Virus record (IMG/VR): IMGVR_UViG_3300024346_000010
From: a virus
DNA: 64,000 nucleotides
Direction: 5' to 3' (one strand)
Shown here: positions 1 to 9,462 of the stretch, one piece after another
Layout of the letters: each line of letters opens with the position of its first letter
How positions within the stretch are numbered: position 1 is the stretch's first letter
Translations under genes and position numbers: made by a program
The notes under the pieces: model-generated
The model's database searches: none
The model's input: the letters and a program-made list of their open reading frames with translations, nothing else
What the model was told of the DNA's origin: nothing

Positions 1-1320
1 TCGTCGTTTATTCCGTTTATGCAGTTACCAGCACAACATCGTCGTGATGTTATCGAAGATCTTCTGGATATTAATGTGTTTTCTAAAATGAATACACTTA
101 TCAAAGAGAAGAATTCTGTCCTCAAAGATCGGCTTAAAGATATTGCATATCAACTTGATTTGAAAAAGAATTCTGTTGAATCTCAGAAGAAGTATATTCG
201 TGATATCACTCAGATGAATGAAGAAGAAATCAATTCTAAGCATACGCAAATCAAAGCTATCGAAGAAGAGATTTCTCAAATCCAATCTGAAAATGGTATT
301 GCTAGTGCCTTTATTGAAGCACAAAGCGAAAAAACGCAAGCTGGACTAAATGCGGCACTTGATAAACGTCAAGCGTTGCTTCAGTATAAAGCACAATTTA
401 ATGCTCAGATTAAAGGTGTAGTAGGTGATGCTAAGTTCTATGAAGAGAATGACAATTGCCCTACATGCACGCAATCGATTGAAGAAGATCTCAGAGCTAC
501 TAAACTTCAAGCTGCAAAGTCTAAAGCATCTGAACTTCAAAGTGCATTGAATAAGATTGCGGACGAAGCTTCAGGTATTGAAGAATCTATTGCTAAATTT
601 ACAGATGCATATGAACTTATTCGTCAGCGTCAATCTGAAATTAATAGCAATAACCAGACTATCAATAGACTTCATAGCAGTATTTCTTCGTTGAATACCG
701 ACATTAGTAGATTGACTGCCCGTGAAGGCGATCTTGGTAGAGCTAATGAAGAATTATCTGAGATGAAATCTGAGCAAAATGCTTTGATGGAAAACAGACT
801 TATCCTAAATGAAGAAATGTCATATAATGCTGTTATGGGAGAGATGCTAAAAGATACCGGCATTAAAACTAAAGTTATTAAACAGTATATTCCTATTATC
901 AACAACCTTGTTAATCAGTATTTACAAATCCTTGACTTCTTTGTACACTTCAACTTGGATGAAGAGTTTAGAGAGACTATTCGTTCACGCCACCGTGATG
1001 CTTTCTCATATGACTCATTCTCTGAGGGTGAGAAGCAGCGCATTGACTTGGCGCTTCTATTCACATGGCGTCAAATTGCTAAGATGAAAAATAGCGTTGC
1101 GACTAATCTTTTGGTTCTTGATGAAACGTTTGATTCATCTCTTGATCACGATGGTGTTGATAACCTTATGAAAATCCTTTATACACTAGGCGATGATACT
1201 AATGTATTTGTTATCAGTCATAAGGGTGAAATTCTTGAAGGCAAATTCAAAAACAAGATTGAATTCTACAAAGATAAAAACTTTTCAAAGATGAAAGATT
1301 TTAGTTTACAATCTGCTTAA
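1..1320 (+). CDS. 46: Recombination endonuclease subunit gp46 (Rad50/SbcC-like), 5'-truncated
   Basis: CPTC zinc hook, coiled coil, FSEGEKQRIDLALLF signature, LVLDETFDSSLD Walker B. Confidence 0.95.
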   Translation, partial: SSFIPFMQLPAQHRRDVIEDLLDINVFSKMNTLIKEKNSVLKDRLKDIAYQLDLKKNSVESQKKYIRDITQMNEEEINSKHTQIKAIEEEISQIQSENGIASAFIEAQSEKTQAGLNAALDKRQALLQYKAQFNAQIKGVVGDAKFYEENDNCPTCTQSIEEDLRATKLQAAKSKASELQSALNKIADEASGIEESIAKFTDAYELIRQRQSEINSNNQTINRLHSSISSLNTDISRLTAREGDLGRANEELSEMKSEQNALMENRLILNEEMSYNAVMGEMLKDTGIKTKVIKQYIPIINNLVNQYLQILDFFVHFNLDEEFRETIRSRHRDAFSYDSFSEGEKQRIDLALLFTWRQIAKMKNSVATNLLVLDETFDSSLDHDGVDNLMKILYTLGDDTNVFVISHKGEILEGKFKNKIEFYKDKNFSKMKDFSLQSA

Positions 1321-1333
1321 TATTATGTACAAT
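1305..1333 (+). promoter_or_regulatory. Sigma70-type early/middle promoter
   Basis: TTTACA-N17-TACAAT upstream of gp45. Confidence 0.7.
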
Positions 1334-1362
1334 ATACAAATGCGAAACGAAAGCGAGACATT

Positions 1363-2052
1363 ATGAAACTATCTGACTCAACCACACAAATCCTTAAGAA
1401 CTATGCTGGTATTAATTCCAACATCGTTTTCAATGCAGGTTCACGTATCTGCACCATCTCTGAAGCACGTAATATTCTATCTGCTGCTTCTGTTGACGCT
1501 GAATTTCCATCTACATTCGGCGTATATGACTTGAATGAATTCTTGGGTGTTCTTTCACTTGTTGATGAACCTCAAGTTAAATTTGAAGAAAAGTTTGCTG
1601 TTATTGCTGACTCAACTGGTCGTTCAAAGATTAAATACTTCTTCACTGATACTGATATGCTCACATCGCCTAATGGTACTATGCTAGATAAAGCTATGGA
1701 AATGAATAGCTTCCAAGTAGAGTTTGAGTTTGATCAGGATACACTAAACAAAATCAAACGTGCAGCATCAGCTCTTGGACATTCTCTTGTGTCAGTTACT
1801 GCGGCTAATGGATCATTGGTTCTTACCGTGTTTGACCCAGAAAATCCAACATCAAATACATTCAGCCTTGATATTGCTGGAACGTATGAGCATGAAAACT
1901 TCTCATTGGTATTTGGTATCCCAAACCTAAAAATCATTCCAGGCACGTACAAGGTCGGGCTTTCATCTAAACTCATGTCTCGCTTTACTCATACTGAGCA
2001 AGATATCGTTTACTGGATTGCACTAGAAAAATCCTCAACTTACGGAGCCTAA
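1363..2052 (+). CDS. 45: Sliding clamp gp45
   Basis: MKLS..T..ILKNYAGIN, FGVYDLNEFL, YWIALE; synteny. Confidence 0.95.
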   Translation: MKLSDSTTQILKNYAGINSNIVFNAGSRICTISEARNILSAASVDAEFPSTFGVYDLNEFLGVLSLVDEPQVKFEEKFAVIADSTGRSKIKYFFTDTDMLTSPNGTMLDKAMEMNSFQVEFEFDQDTLNKIKRAASALGHSLVSVTAANGSLVLTVFDPENPTSNTFSLDIAGTYEHENFSLVFGIPNLKIIPGTYKVGLSSKLMSRFTHTEQDIVYWIALEKSSTYGA

Positions 2053-2053
2053 A

Positions 2054-2242
2054 ATGGACAAACAAATTATTGAAATCTCTGCACGAGTAGCACGTAGCAC
2101 AATGGCAGTAATCGACACTGTTGTACAACGTGGCGGATTCCGCGGTGAAGAACTTACTACAATCGGCCAGCTCCGTGACCAATGTGTTCAACTCATTGCT
2201 ATGTCAGAAGCCTCCGCCCAAGAGGCTGCAGCACAGGAATAA
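2054..2242 (+). CDS. Small hypothetical protein
   Basis: ORF with GGAG RBS between 45 and 44. Confidence 0.75.
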   Translation: MDKQIIEISARVARSTMAVIDTVVQRGGFRGEELTTIGQLRDQCVQLIAMSEASAQEAAAQE

Positions 2243-2245
2243 TAG

Positions 2246-2274
2246 TTTACATTATACTCCTAATATATTATAAT
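2246..2274 (+). promoter_or_regulatory. Sigma70-type promoter
   Basis: TTTACA-N17-TATAAT. Confidence 0.75.
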
Positions 2275-2299
2275 GAACAAACCTTGAATTGGAGTTATT

Positions 2300-3238
2300 A
2301 TGTCTAAAGACTTTCTATGGGTAGAGAAATATCGCCCAAAAACAATCTCTGAAACTATTCTGCCTACGGCACTCAAGAAGACACTTCAGAATATGGTAGA
2401 TACCGGTGAATTGCAGAATATGCTTTTCACCGGTACTGCTGGATTAGGCAAGACCACGGCAGCTAAGGCTTTGTGTAATGAGTTGGGTCTTGACTATATC
2501 GTAATCAATGGATCTGAAGAAGGTAACATTGATACGCTTCGTGGTAAAATTAAACAGTTTGCTTCTACTGTCAGCTTTGCCGGTGGATATAAAGTTGTTA
2601 TTCTAGACGAAGCTGACTATATGAATGCTCAGTCCACACAACCTGCGTTGCGTGGTTTTATTGAGCAATTCTCTGATAACTGTCGCTTTATTCTCACTTG
2701 TAACTTTAAGAACCGTATTATTGAACCACTTCATTCACGTTGTGGTGTATACGAATTCAACACGACCAAAAAGGATACTGCGCCACTTGCTGCTCAGATG
2801 ATGAAGCGTCTTCAAACTATTCTTGATACTGAGAACGTTACATATCAGGATAAAGATCTTGCAGAAGTCATTATGAAATACACTCCAGACTGGCGTCGTG
2901 TTATTAATGAAATCCAACGTAATAGTAATGGCGGTGAACTTAATATTGCTACGGCTATGGCAGGAACTGCTGGACAATTTGATGAACTCTTTAATCACAT
3001 CAAAGCCAAAGACTTTAAGAATATGCGGCAATGGATCGTAAACAATATGGATCTTGATACAACAGCTATTATTCGTGGCGTATATGATCGCATTTACGAT
3101 AAAGTTGCCCCTGCTAGCATTCCACAAATCGTTCTTATCCTTGCTGACTATCAGTATAAAGCAGCATTCGTTGCAGACCATGAACTCAATCTTGTGGCTT
3201 GTATGACCGAAATTATGTCTGAGGTACAAATCCAATGA
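2300..3238 (+). CDS. 44: Clamp loader large subunit gp44
   Basis: LWVEKYRP, GTAGLGKTT Walker A, ILDEAD, SRC motif. Confidence 0.95.
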   Translation: MSKDFLWVEKYRPKTISETILPTALKKTLQNMVDTGELQNMLFTGTAGLGKTTAAKALCNELGLDYIVINGSEEGNIDTLRGKIKQFASTVSFAGGYKVVILDEADYMNAQSTQPALRGFIEQFSDNCRFILTCNFKNRIIEPLHSRCGVYEFNTTKKDTAPLAAQMMKRLQTILDTENVTYQDKDLAEVIMKYTPDWRRVINEIQRNSNGGELNIATAMAGTAGQFDELFNHIKAKDFKNMRQWIVNNMDLDTTAIIRGVYDRIYDKVAPASIPQIVLILADYQYKAAFVADHELNLVACMTEIMSEVQIQ

Positions 3239-3825
3239 ATACAATCTATGACTTTGAGACTATGTCACAGGATCCCGTTAACGGTGTAGTGGTATCCTTT
3301 GCTATGCTTAACTTTGACCCTAAACGTTTTACATCAAATCCGTATACATATAACGAGTTGGTTGATAATGCCAAGTTTATGAAGTTTGATGTTGTAGATC
3401 AGGTTAAAAATTACGGCCGTACAATTTGTAAAGATACCGTTGAGTGGTGGGGTAATCAGAGTAAAGAAGCCCAAAAGTCTATTGCTCCTAACCCATCACT
3501 TGACCGACCTATCTCTGAACTGTATTCGTTTTATAGAGAAAATATGCCGGATTATCCCGGATTAACATATACACGCCGAAATACATTTGATCCGGTGTTT
3601 ATGACTTCTCTTATGAAAGCAACTGGTAACCCAGAGCCATATGCGTGGTGGGATGTTCGTGATACAATCAGTTACATCGAAGGTCTAGCTATTACTGGCT
3701 ATATCAAAAACAACTTTGTTCCAGATGATTTGGCTGAACACTTTATTGCTCACGATCCTCGTCATGATATTGCTATGGACACTATGCGTCTTCAAATTCT
3801 GGTAGACGCAGTAACATCATTTTAG
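3235..3825 (+). CDS. dexA: DexA-like 3'-5' exonuclease (DEDDh)
   Basis: YDFET, NTFD, RDTIS, HDPRHD motifs. Confidence 0.75.
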   Translation: MNTIYDFETMSQDPVNGVVVSFAMLNFDPKRFTSNPYTYNELVDNAKFMKFDVVDQVKNYGRTICKDTVEWWGNQSKEAQKSIAPNPSLDRPISELYSFYRENMPDYPGLTYTRRNTFDPVFMTSLMKATGNPEPYAWWDVRDTISYIEGLAITGYIKNNFVPDDLAEHFIAHDPRHDIAMDTMRLQILVDAVTSF

Positions 3826-3833
3826 GAGATAAT

Positions 3834-4121
3834 ATGCTAACAATTTATACTAAAGATGAATGCTTTTACTGTAAGAACCTAAAGAAGAACCTTGAAAAGT
3901 GGGGTTTCTCTTATCAAGAGGTTAACATTTCTAATAGTGATACTGCTATGGAATGGTTTAAAAAACAAGGTTATAAAACAGTCCCTCAGCTTTACTTTGA
4001 TACCGTTAATGTTCAGAAGGGGGAATCTACAGCTCTTACTAAACAAAAACTTGAAGAGAGAATTGAACGCGTTATGTGGCCTTCTATTGATGGTGGTATC
4101 GAATGTGATGAAATGGGATAG
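3834..4121 (+). CDS. Glutaredoxin
   Basis: CFYC active site, TVPQ motif. Confidence 0.85.
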   Translation: MLTIYTKDECFYCKNLKKNLEKWGFSYQEVNISNSDTAMEWFKKQGYKTVPQLYFDTVNVQKGESTALTKQKLEERIERVMWPSIDGGIECDEMG

Positions 4122-4647
4122 GTTTGTACATCCGGATCCTAACATTGGAAGAGTTGCTTCGGTTTATTTAAGCGAAGACAGAAGATTTATAAAAAAATAC
4201 TATAATCCCGATAACATTACTGTTTCGGGAGAACAGACTATACAAACGCCTGAATATATAAATCAGAAATGGGAAGCTGAAGTCGCTAGTCAAATACAAT
4301 TGCATGGTTTGCCTTGGGTGCCAAAACTCGTTGAAATTAATGTGAATGAGAAATCCGTTACTCAAGAATATTACGGTCCGGATCTTTTAATTCAAGGTTA
4401 TGATGACATACCGGATATTGAAGATCAAATAGTTGAGATATATAAGTATTTCAAAGAGATTGATGTGTATAAATTGAATGGCGCGTTATCGAATATGACT
4501 AAGCTTGACGGTAAAGTTATTATGTTTGATTTTAAATATATGCGCCGCAGGACCGATGATCTTAAACCATATGCTTTATATGAAATTAACGAATGGCTTT
4601 CAAAGATTAGTCCTACACTTGCTCCTAGATTGAAAGAACTGATATGA
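4108..4647 (+). CDS. Protein-kinase-like fold protein
   Basis: FIKKYY, E helix, VPKL, QEYYG, N-x-x-x-x-N, MFDF; start at MKWDRF. Confidence 0.55.
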   Translation: MKWDRFVHPDPNIGRVASVYLSEDRRFIKKYYNPDNITVSGEQTIQTPEYINQKWEAEVASQIQLHGLPWVPKLVEINVNEKSVTQEYYGPDLLIQGYDDIPDIEDQIVEIYKYFKEIDVYKLNGALSNMTKLDGKVIMFDFKYMRRRTDDLKPYALYEINEWLSKISPTLAPRLKELI

Positions 4648-5480
4648 CGGTGTATAGTTTTTTACCATACCAAATCTCTGAGGTTTTGGCAAAAACACCT
4701 ATAAAAAATAAAGGCAATTTTGACGATTTAGTTGAGTGTAAAGAAGCTTGGGTTGAATGGATATCAAAGTTTTCAGGTGCTGAAAATAAAAAAGAGTGGG
4801 CAATTACTAATGGCATCCATGAGGCTTTAACGCACCAGTTAGCACATGTATATAACAAGTATGATAAAATATACTGGTTTGATACTGATTATAAATTTTA
4901 CAAAGTGCTCTGTATGTCGTATAATAACGTAGGTATCAGTAGCGCTAGATTGGATTTGATTGAGCCAAACAGTTATGTTATAGTTAGTCAACCTAATCAC
5001 GAAGGTGGTATTACTCCATGGCTAAAAGATCTTATTTCCATATGTCAAAATAATGGATCTAAGATCTTTTTAGATTGCGCTTTTTATGGAACTACATTCG
5101 ATACACTTGACACAAGCCTAGAAGTATTTGATGCTGTTGCATTCAGTATGAGTAAGAATTTTCTTTTAGGTGGTATCAGGTCGGGTATAGTGTTTTCGGA
5201 TAGTCTGCCGATGACATTAACTGTTCCTATATCAGAACATTTTGGATATAGTTATTACAATATATTTGCAACAGAAGTAGCCAAAAATATCCTTCCTCTT
5301 TTTGATTGCAACTATATAACTCGTCACGCGAAACCTATTCAGGCACAGTATTGCCTAGAGAATAATCTTAAACCTGCTGATATATGGATGTGGGCTTTTG
5401 ATAATGATGGAAACAAAATTTGTATAACTGATGAGATATCTCACCTTATACAAAAGGAATTAGATAATGAACCCATTTGA
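4644..5480 (+). CDS. PLP-dependent aminotransferase-like protein
   Basis: TNGIHEA, SQPN, FLDCAF, FSMSK..G.RSG fold type I motifs. Confidence 0.65.
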   Translation: MTVYSFLPYQISEVLAKTPIKNKGNFDDLVECKEAWVEWISKFSGAENKKEWAITNGIHEALTHQLAHVYNKYDKIYWFDTDYKFYKVLCMSYNNVGISSARLDLIEPNSYVIVSQPNHEGGITPWLKDLISICQNNGSKIFLDCAFYGTTFDTLDTSLEVFDAVAFSMSKNFLLGGIRSGIVFSDSLPMTLTVPISEHFGYSYYNIFATEVAKNILPLFDCNYITRHAKPIQAQYCLENNLKPADIWMWAFDNDGNKICITDEISHLIQKELDNEPI

Positions 5481-5850
5481 ATATGTGAACTCTATTAATA
5501 CCACTAAACAAGATTTAATGATAGATGATTTGGCAGAAAAGGCATACATTCCTTTTACTGTAAATCGTTCACTCTCATACTTTAATGATACCGTATTAAT
5601 GGTCAATGAGATGAATAAACATGCCAGTTTAGACAAAAAACTACAATATCATTTTCTCATAAATATTGTCAGAAAGCGAAAACGCTTTTCTAAATGGAAT
5701 AAACCTGAATTGGTTAATGATGTTGAAGTGGTAAAAGAATATTATGGCTATAGTAATGAAAAAGCCCGACAAGTTTTGCCCCTTCTCTCATCCGACCAAA
5801 TAATGAATTTGAGAGAAAAGGTGAACAAAGGTGGTAGAACAAAAAAATAA
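5467..5850 (+). CDS. 62: Clamp loader small subunit gp62
   Basis: PFEYVNSIN, NRSLS, YYGYSNEKA, KGG end; precedes regA. Confidence 0.9.
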   Translation: MNPFEYVNSINTTKQDLMIDDLAEKAYIPFTVNRSLSYFNDTVLMVNEMNKHASLDKKLQYHFLINIVRKRKRFSKWNKPELVNDVEVVKEYYGYSNEKARQVLPLLSSDQIMNLREKVNKGGRTKK

Positions 5851-6244
5851 TGTCCAATGGACACCATCTGACATGCTTGAAGTTACATTGAATGAACCCG
5901 ATGACTTCCTAAAGGTTAGAGAAACACTAACACGAATCGGTGTAGCATCCCGTAAAGATAAGAAATTGTATCAATCTTGCCATATCTTGCATAAGCAGGG
6001 TAGGTATTTTATTGTGCATTTTAAAGAGTTATTTCTTCTCGATGGTAAAAAATCCAATCTTGAAGTAAATGATATCCAACGTAGAAATAGTATTGCTATG
6101 CTTTTAAGTGACTGGGGGCTAATTCAGTTTGCTAAAAAGGGTGATACATTACAATTGGCGCCTCTTCGTCAAATTAAAATTATCCCATTCAAAGAAAAAG
6201 AGCAATGGGAACTCTGCCCGAAATATAACATCGGTAATAAATAA
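5831..6244 (+). CDS. regA: Translational repressor RegA
   Basis: DDFLKVRETLTRIGVAS, LYQSCHILHKQGRYFIVHFKELF. Confidence 0.95.
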   Translation: MVEQKNNVQWTPSDMLEVTLNEPDDFLKVRETLTRIGVASRKDKKLYQSCHILHKQGRYFIVHFKELFLLDGKKSNLEVNDIQRRNSIAMLLSDWGLIQFAKKGDTLQLAPLRQIKIIPFKEKEQWELCPKYNIGNK

Positions 6245-6317
6245 TTTTATCCTAAAAGGTAATACCAGGTATTCTGTAATGGTATAGCTTATTTTTGCCT
6301 TTTAGGATAAATACACT

Positions 6318-6373
6318 TGAGCGCAGGAGAACCTGGCTCTTAATATTCTTGCTTGAAAAAGGAGAACACAATG
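6318..6373 (+). promoter_or_regulatory. ROSE-like RNA thermometer in hsp20 5'UTR
   Basis: Hairpin GAGCGCAGG/CCTGGCTC, then TTCTTGCT pairing with the SD AGGAGAA (UYGCU motif). Confidence 0.6.
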
Positions 6374-6847
6374 ACAAGCAGACGAATCAACACAACTTCA
6401 TTTCCACCTGCAGCCTTTGTAGGATTTGATCACCTCTTTAAAGAACTTGATCACGTTACAAAGCATGCCTACGATAACTATCCTCCTCATAATATCCTTA
6501 AAACAGGTGAATCGGATTATCTAATTGAACTGGCAGTAGCTGGTTTCAGTAAAGATGGTATCGATATTGAGCTACACGATAGAACCCTTACCGTAACAGG
6601 TGATCATGTTTCCAAAGGTCGCGAGTATATTCACCGTGGTATTTCTACGAAGAAATTCAAACGCACCTTTAGATTGTCTGAACACGTGCAAGTGCACGGA
6701 GCAGATATTCAAGACGGCATACTAGCAATTGAGTTGAAGTATGTAGTCCCAGAAGATCAGCGTCCTCGTAAAATTTCAATTGGAAACAACGAGGTCTCAA
6801 ATGACACACTTAATACACAAACTAAACAGTTTCTTACAGAAGATTAA
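6371..6847 (+). CDS. hsp20: Small heat shock protein (Hsp20/IbpA-like)
   Basis: VGFD, NYPPHNI, IELAVAGF, YIHRGI, DGIL, PEDQRPRKI. Confidence 0.93.
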   Translation: MTSRRINTTSFPPAAFVGFDHLFKELDHVTKHAYDNYPPHNILKTGESDYLIELAVAGFSKDGIDIELHDRTLTVTGDHVSKGREYIHRGISTKKFKRTFRLSEHVQVHGADIQDGILAIELKYVVPEDQRPRKISIGNNEVSNDTLNTQTKQFLTED

Positions 6848-7019
6848 AGAACTAAAAGATATTAGAATTACCGAAAACTCGTTATACAAACTATCCGATA
6901 GAGAGTTAAACGATATTGGTATTTCTAGAGGTGATATTCACGCTTTAGCAAGAGGTGATAAAGATCATAAAAGATCCTATAAATTAGAGATTAACCCGAA
7001 CTTGAAAGGGTGGATCTGA
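6801..7019 (+). CDS. DUF1127 (YjiS-like) small protein
   Basis: L..LSDRELNDIGISRGDI motif. Confidence 0.8.
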   Translation: MTHLIHKLNSFLQKIKELKDIRITENSLYKLSDRELNDIGISRGDIHALARGDKDHKRSYKLEINPNLKGWI

Positions 7020-7195
7020 TGAATGTTATGGTGCTTAACACTACTACTAGTATTGGGTCTTGGTTTAATGATCTTTTTGCAAAAGTTAATCGTAGTTTCT
7101 ATAAAATCGGATATTACCGAGCTGCAACAGAACTTACGAGACTTGGGTACGTCGAAGAAGCCAGACAATGTTTAAAAGAGCTTAATCGCTCATAA
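7019..7195 (+). CDS. Small hypothetical protein
   Basis: ORF coupled to previous stop codon. Confidence 0.6.
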   Translation: MNVMVLNTTTSIGSWFNDLFAKVNRSFYKIGYYRAATELTRLGYVEEARQCLKELNRS

Positions 7196-7225
7196 AAAAG
7201 TCCTAGCCACAAGTGGCTAGGATTT
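7196..7225 (+). terminator. Hairpin, probable terminator
   Basis: TCCTAGCCAC-AA-GTGGCTAGGA inverted repeat. Confidence 0.55.
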
Positions 7226-7242
7226 ACATACTAGAAGATGAA

Positions 7243-7494
7243 ATGGTAAAGCCTAATACAAGTTTTAACTTAACTGTTAATGATGTTTATTTAATTGAAG
7301 AGGCTTTAAATCACTATATCGGTAGATTACAGGAACGTAGAAAAACACACGTTGAAAGTACTATTATTCCTGAAAGCCAATTGGAACCAGTTCGTCAAAT
7401 TGATAATGAAATTCGTAAGGTAATTAGTTTACTTGGTAGTTTACACAATCAGAAAAACTGGTATAGACCTAATGGAATATACATTTCTGGATAA
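7243..7494 (+). CDS. Hypothetical protein, paralog of 17450-17677
   Basis: KPNT.F.LTVND...IE.AL ... LLG..HNQK.WYRP shared. Confidence 0.75.
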   Translation: MVKPNTSFNLTVNDVYLIEEALNHYIGRLQERRKTHVESTIIPESQLEPVRQIDNEIRKVISLLGSLHNQKNWYRPNGIYISG

Positions 7495-7512
7495 CACACA
7501 CAGGAGAAGAAA

Positions 7513-7722
7513 ATGAATAACGATTATATGACAAACATGTTTATTGACACAATCCAAAACGCAAAGAAAACTTGGGTTGACACATGGGTTAAAGATGAGG
7601 CGATTAGCAAACCGCTTAATGACTTCATTAAAACACAAACAGAATATACAAAAGATGTAATGAAGCAAACCAACGCATTTGCCAATGCAGTAGGTGAAGC
7701 TATGGCAAAGGTGACAAAATGA
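7513..7722 (+). CDS. Phasin-like small helical protein
   Basis: FIDTIQNAKK..V...V......LNDFI..QT pattern; strong RBS. Confidence 0.5.
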   Translation: MNNDYMTNMFIDTIQNAKKTWVDTWVKDEAISKPLNDFIKTQTEYTKDVMKQTNAFANAVGEAMAKVTK

Positions 7723-7952
7723 GCAATAAGAATCCATTCGAAATCCGTGCAGATATGTTGCAACTAGCCAAAGAATATTTGGATCAGCAATATCATATGA
7801 ACATCCAGTTCTATGAAAACATGGTTGCTGAAGGCAACAAAGCTCGTACGGACATTGAAGATAAGTTGAAAGAAGCTTATAAGATGTATTCCACTGAAGA
7901 TCTAATGGCAAAAGCCAAAGAGATGTATTCATTCGTTTCTACAAAAGATTAA
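7719..7952 (+). CDS. Hypothetical protein
   Basis: NPFEIR.DMLQLAK...AKEMYSFV; overlapping start/stop. Confidence 0.7.
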   Translation: MSNKNPFEIRADMLQLAKEYLDQQYHMNIQFYENMVAEGNKARTDIEDKLKEAYKMYSTEDLMAKAKEMYSFVSTKD

Positions 7953-7961
7953 GTAAAATAT

Positions 7962-7997
7962 AATAAATACCTCTGTAGCAATACGGAGGTATTTTTT
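7962..7997 (+). promoter_or_regulatory. Terminator/RBS-sequestering hairpin overlapping a late-promoter-like box
   Basis: AATAAATA then AAATACCTCTGTA-GCAA-TACGGAGGTATTT-TTT; right arm contains the SD of the 7998 gene. Confidence 0.6.
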
Positions 7998-8234
7998 ATG
8001 GCTAAAGAGAACGAAGACGATCTTTACGGCGACCTAACCGAATTTGATTTCATGATGGCGGCAATGTCAATATATTGCATGACTTCTATGGATAAAGAAC
8101 AATTCTGGACAATTATTAATCACGTCAATGACGGTTTTGAGTTTGATACAGCAGTAGCAGCTCAAGAAGAACTCATGAATATTGTTGAGAGGCATAACGA
8201 TATGAATAGGTATTTTAATAATGGCAAACTTTGA
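7998..8234 (+). CDS. Hypothetical protein
   Basis: ORF with GGAGGT RBS. Confidence 0.7.
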   Translation: MAKENEDDLYGDLTEFDFMMAAMSIYCMTSMDKEQFWTIINHVNDGFEFDTAVAAQEELMNIVERHNDMNRYFNNGKL

Positions 8235-8751
8235 AGAATTATACGACCTTCCAGTATATGAAAATCTTCTAGAAGAATTAAAGTCCATATGTGAATATGA
8301 TAATGTGTGCTTAAATTATCCTGTTGGATATGAAGACAATTGTCAGATTGGCGTGGGAAGCATGGTATGGGATTGGGTATTATGTGATAATGGCGAAAAA
8401 ATTAAAACGCCAAAACCAAACAGGTTACACGAAAAAGATTTTACTGAATTATGTGCTATATTTAAAGGCACATCATTTGAGAAAATATATAATGCTCTTT
8501 CTGAAAAATATAGTTTAGGAAGGGTTAGAATTATGAAATCTAAACCTCATACATGTTTATCCTGGCATACCGACTTTAGTAAAAGAATACATTTTCCAAT
8601 AAAAACGCAAGAGGGGTGCTTTATGGTAATCGATGATGAGATTAAGCACCTAAAACAAAATCAATGGTATATGACAGATACATCTAAAATGCATACCGCA
8701 TTTAATGCATCCAGCGAAACTAGATACCATTTGGTAGGAGTGATTAGATGA
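8221..8751 (+). CDS. Asp/Asn beta-hydroxylase-like 2OG-Fe(II) oxygenase
   Basis: GRVRIM, WHTD (HxD), RIHFPI, HTAFN, RYHLV. Confidence 0.75.
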   Translation: MANFEELYDLPVYENLLEELKSICEYDNVCLNYPVGYEDNCQIGVGSMVWDWVLCDNGEKIKTPKPNRLHEKDFTELCAIFKGTSFEKIYNALSEKYSLGRVRIMKSKPHTCLSWHTDFSKRIHFPIKTQEGCFMVIDDEIKHLKQNQWYMTDTSKMHTAFNASSETRYHLVGVIR

Positions 8752-9422
8752 TTTTAGAATATGATGGGGTTGTAGTAGACTTCTTTGAAAAATTTCCAGC
8801 TCATTGGAAAAATATTGGAATTCACGTTTCAGGCGGAGCTGATTCCGCCTTAATTTTGTATTGTACGGCTCTTATGATACATAGTAGGGATCAATTGAAT
8901 GAAGTAAAAATTTGGCCAACTATATCATACGATGCAGCTGCGCCCAATTGCAAAGTTCACAATATCGGAAAGGATGTTGTAAAATATATCCAAGACTTGC
9001 CTATAGGAAAAAGTATTCAAAATCCGTACTTACATACCTATCACCAAACGGATATTGACACCGAAAGTAAAAACACTTATCTTAGAGAAGCCAGAAAATA
9101 CTTATTTAATATTATCGGTTGTGATACCGTTTTAGATGGAACTACTCGCGGCATGCCAGGACTTCCTCGACCTACCGGATCGTATGATCCAAATGAGGAA
9201 GAGCTAATTGCAATGACTAAACAACCTGGTATAGAATTTGTTTTTCCCTTTGCCACAGTTAATAAAAAATTCATAGCAGCTCAATATAACCATTTTGGTT
9301 TAAAAGACTTATCTAATATGACATCTAGTTGTGTTATAAGTTCAGCGTCTCCTTGTAAAGAATGCTGGTGGTGCAAAGAAAGATATTGGGCATTTGGCTC
9401 TTACGATGGGGGTGTACAATAA
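8748..9422 (+). CDS. QueC-like PP-loop ATPase
   Basis: VSGGADS PP-loop; TSSC...CKECWWCKER zinc motif. Confidence 0.65.
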   Translation: MILEYDGVVVDFFEKFPAHWKNIGIHVSGGADSALILYCTALMIHSRDQLNEVKIWPTISYDAAAPNCKVHNIGKDVVKYIQDLPIGKSIQNPYLHTYHQTDIDTESKNTYLREARKYLFNIIGCDTVLDGTTRGMPGLPRPTGSYDPNEEELIAMTKQPGIEFVFPFATVNKKFIAAQYNHFGLKDLSNMTSSCVISSASPCKECWWCKERYWAFGSYDGGVQ

Positions 9423-9441
9423 CCTCAAACTGTGATACTAT
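9413..9441 (+). promoter_or_regulatory. Sigma70-type promoter for gene 43
   Basis: TGTACA-N17-TACTAT. Confidence 0.6.
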
Positions 9442-9462
9442 ATTTTAGATTATGGAGGTAAT

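Noticed and set aside
3892-4107. Long N-terminal extensions of several track ORFs (3892, 12982, 45113, 58395, 59514)
   Set aside because: They overlap upstream genes or promoters; downstream starts with RBS or stop-start coupling fit better
6246-6312. CIRCE/HrcA operator upstream of hsp20
   Set aside because: The inverted repeat does not match TTAGCACTC-N9-GAGTGCTAA
8748-9422. 7-deazaguanine DNA modification pathway
   Set aside because: Only a divergent QueC-like PP-loop protein is present; no folE, queD, queE or dpdA is visible in this window
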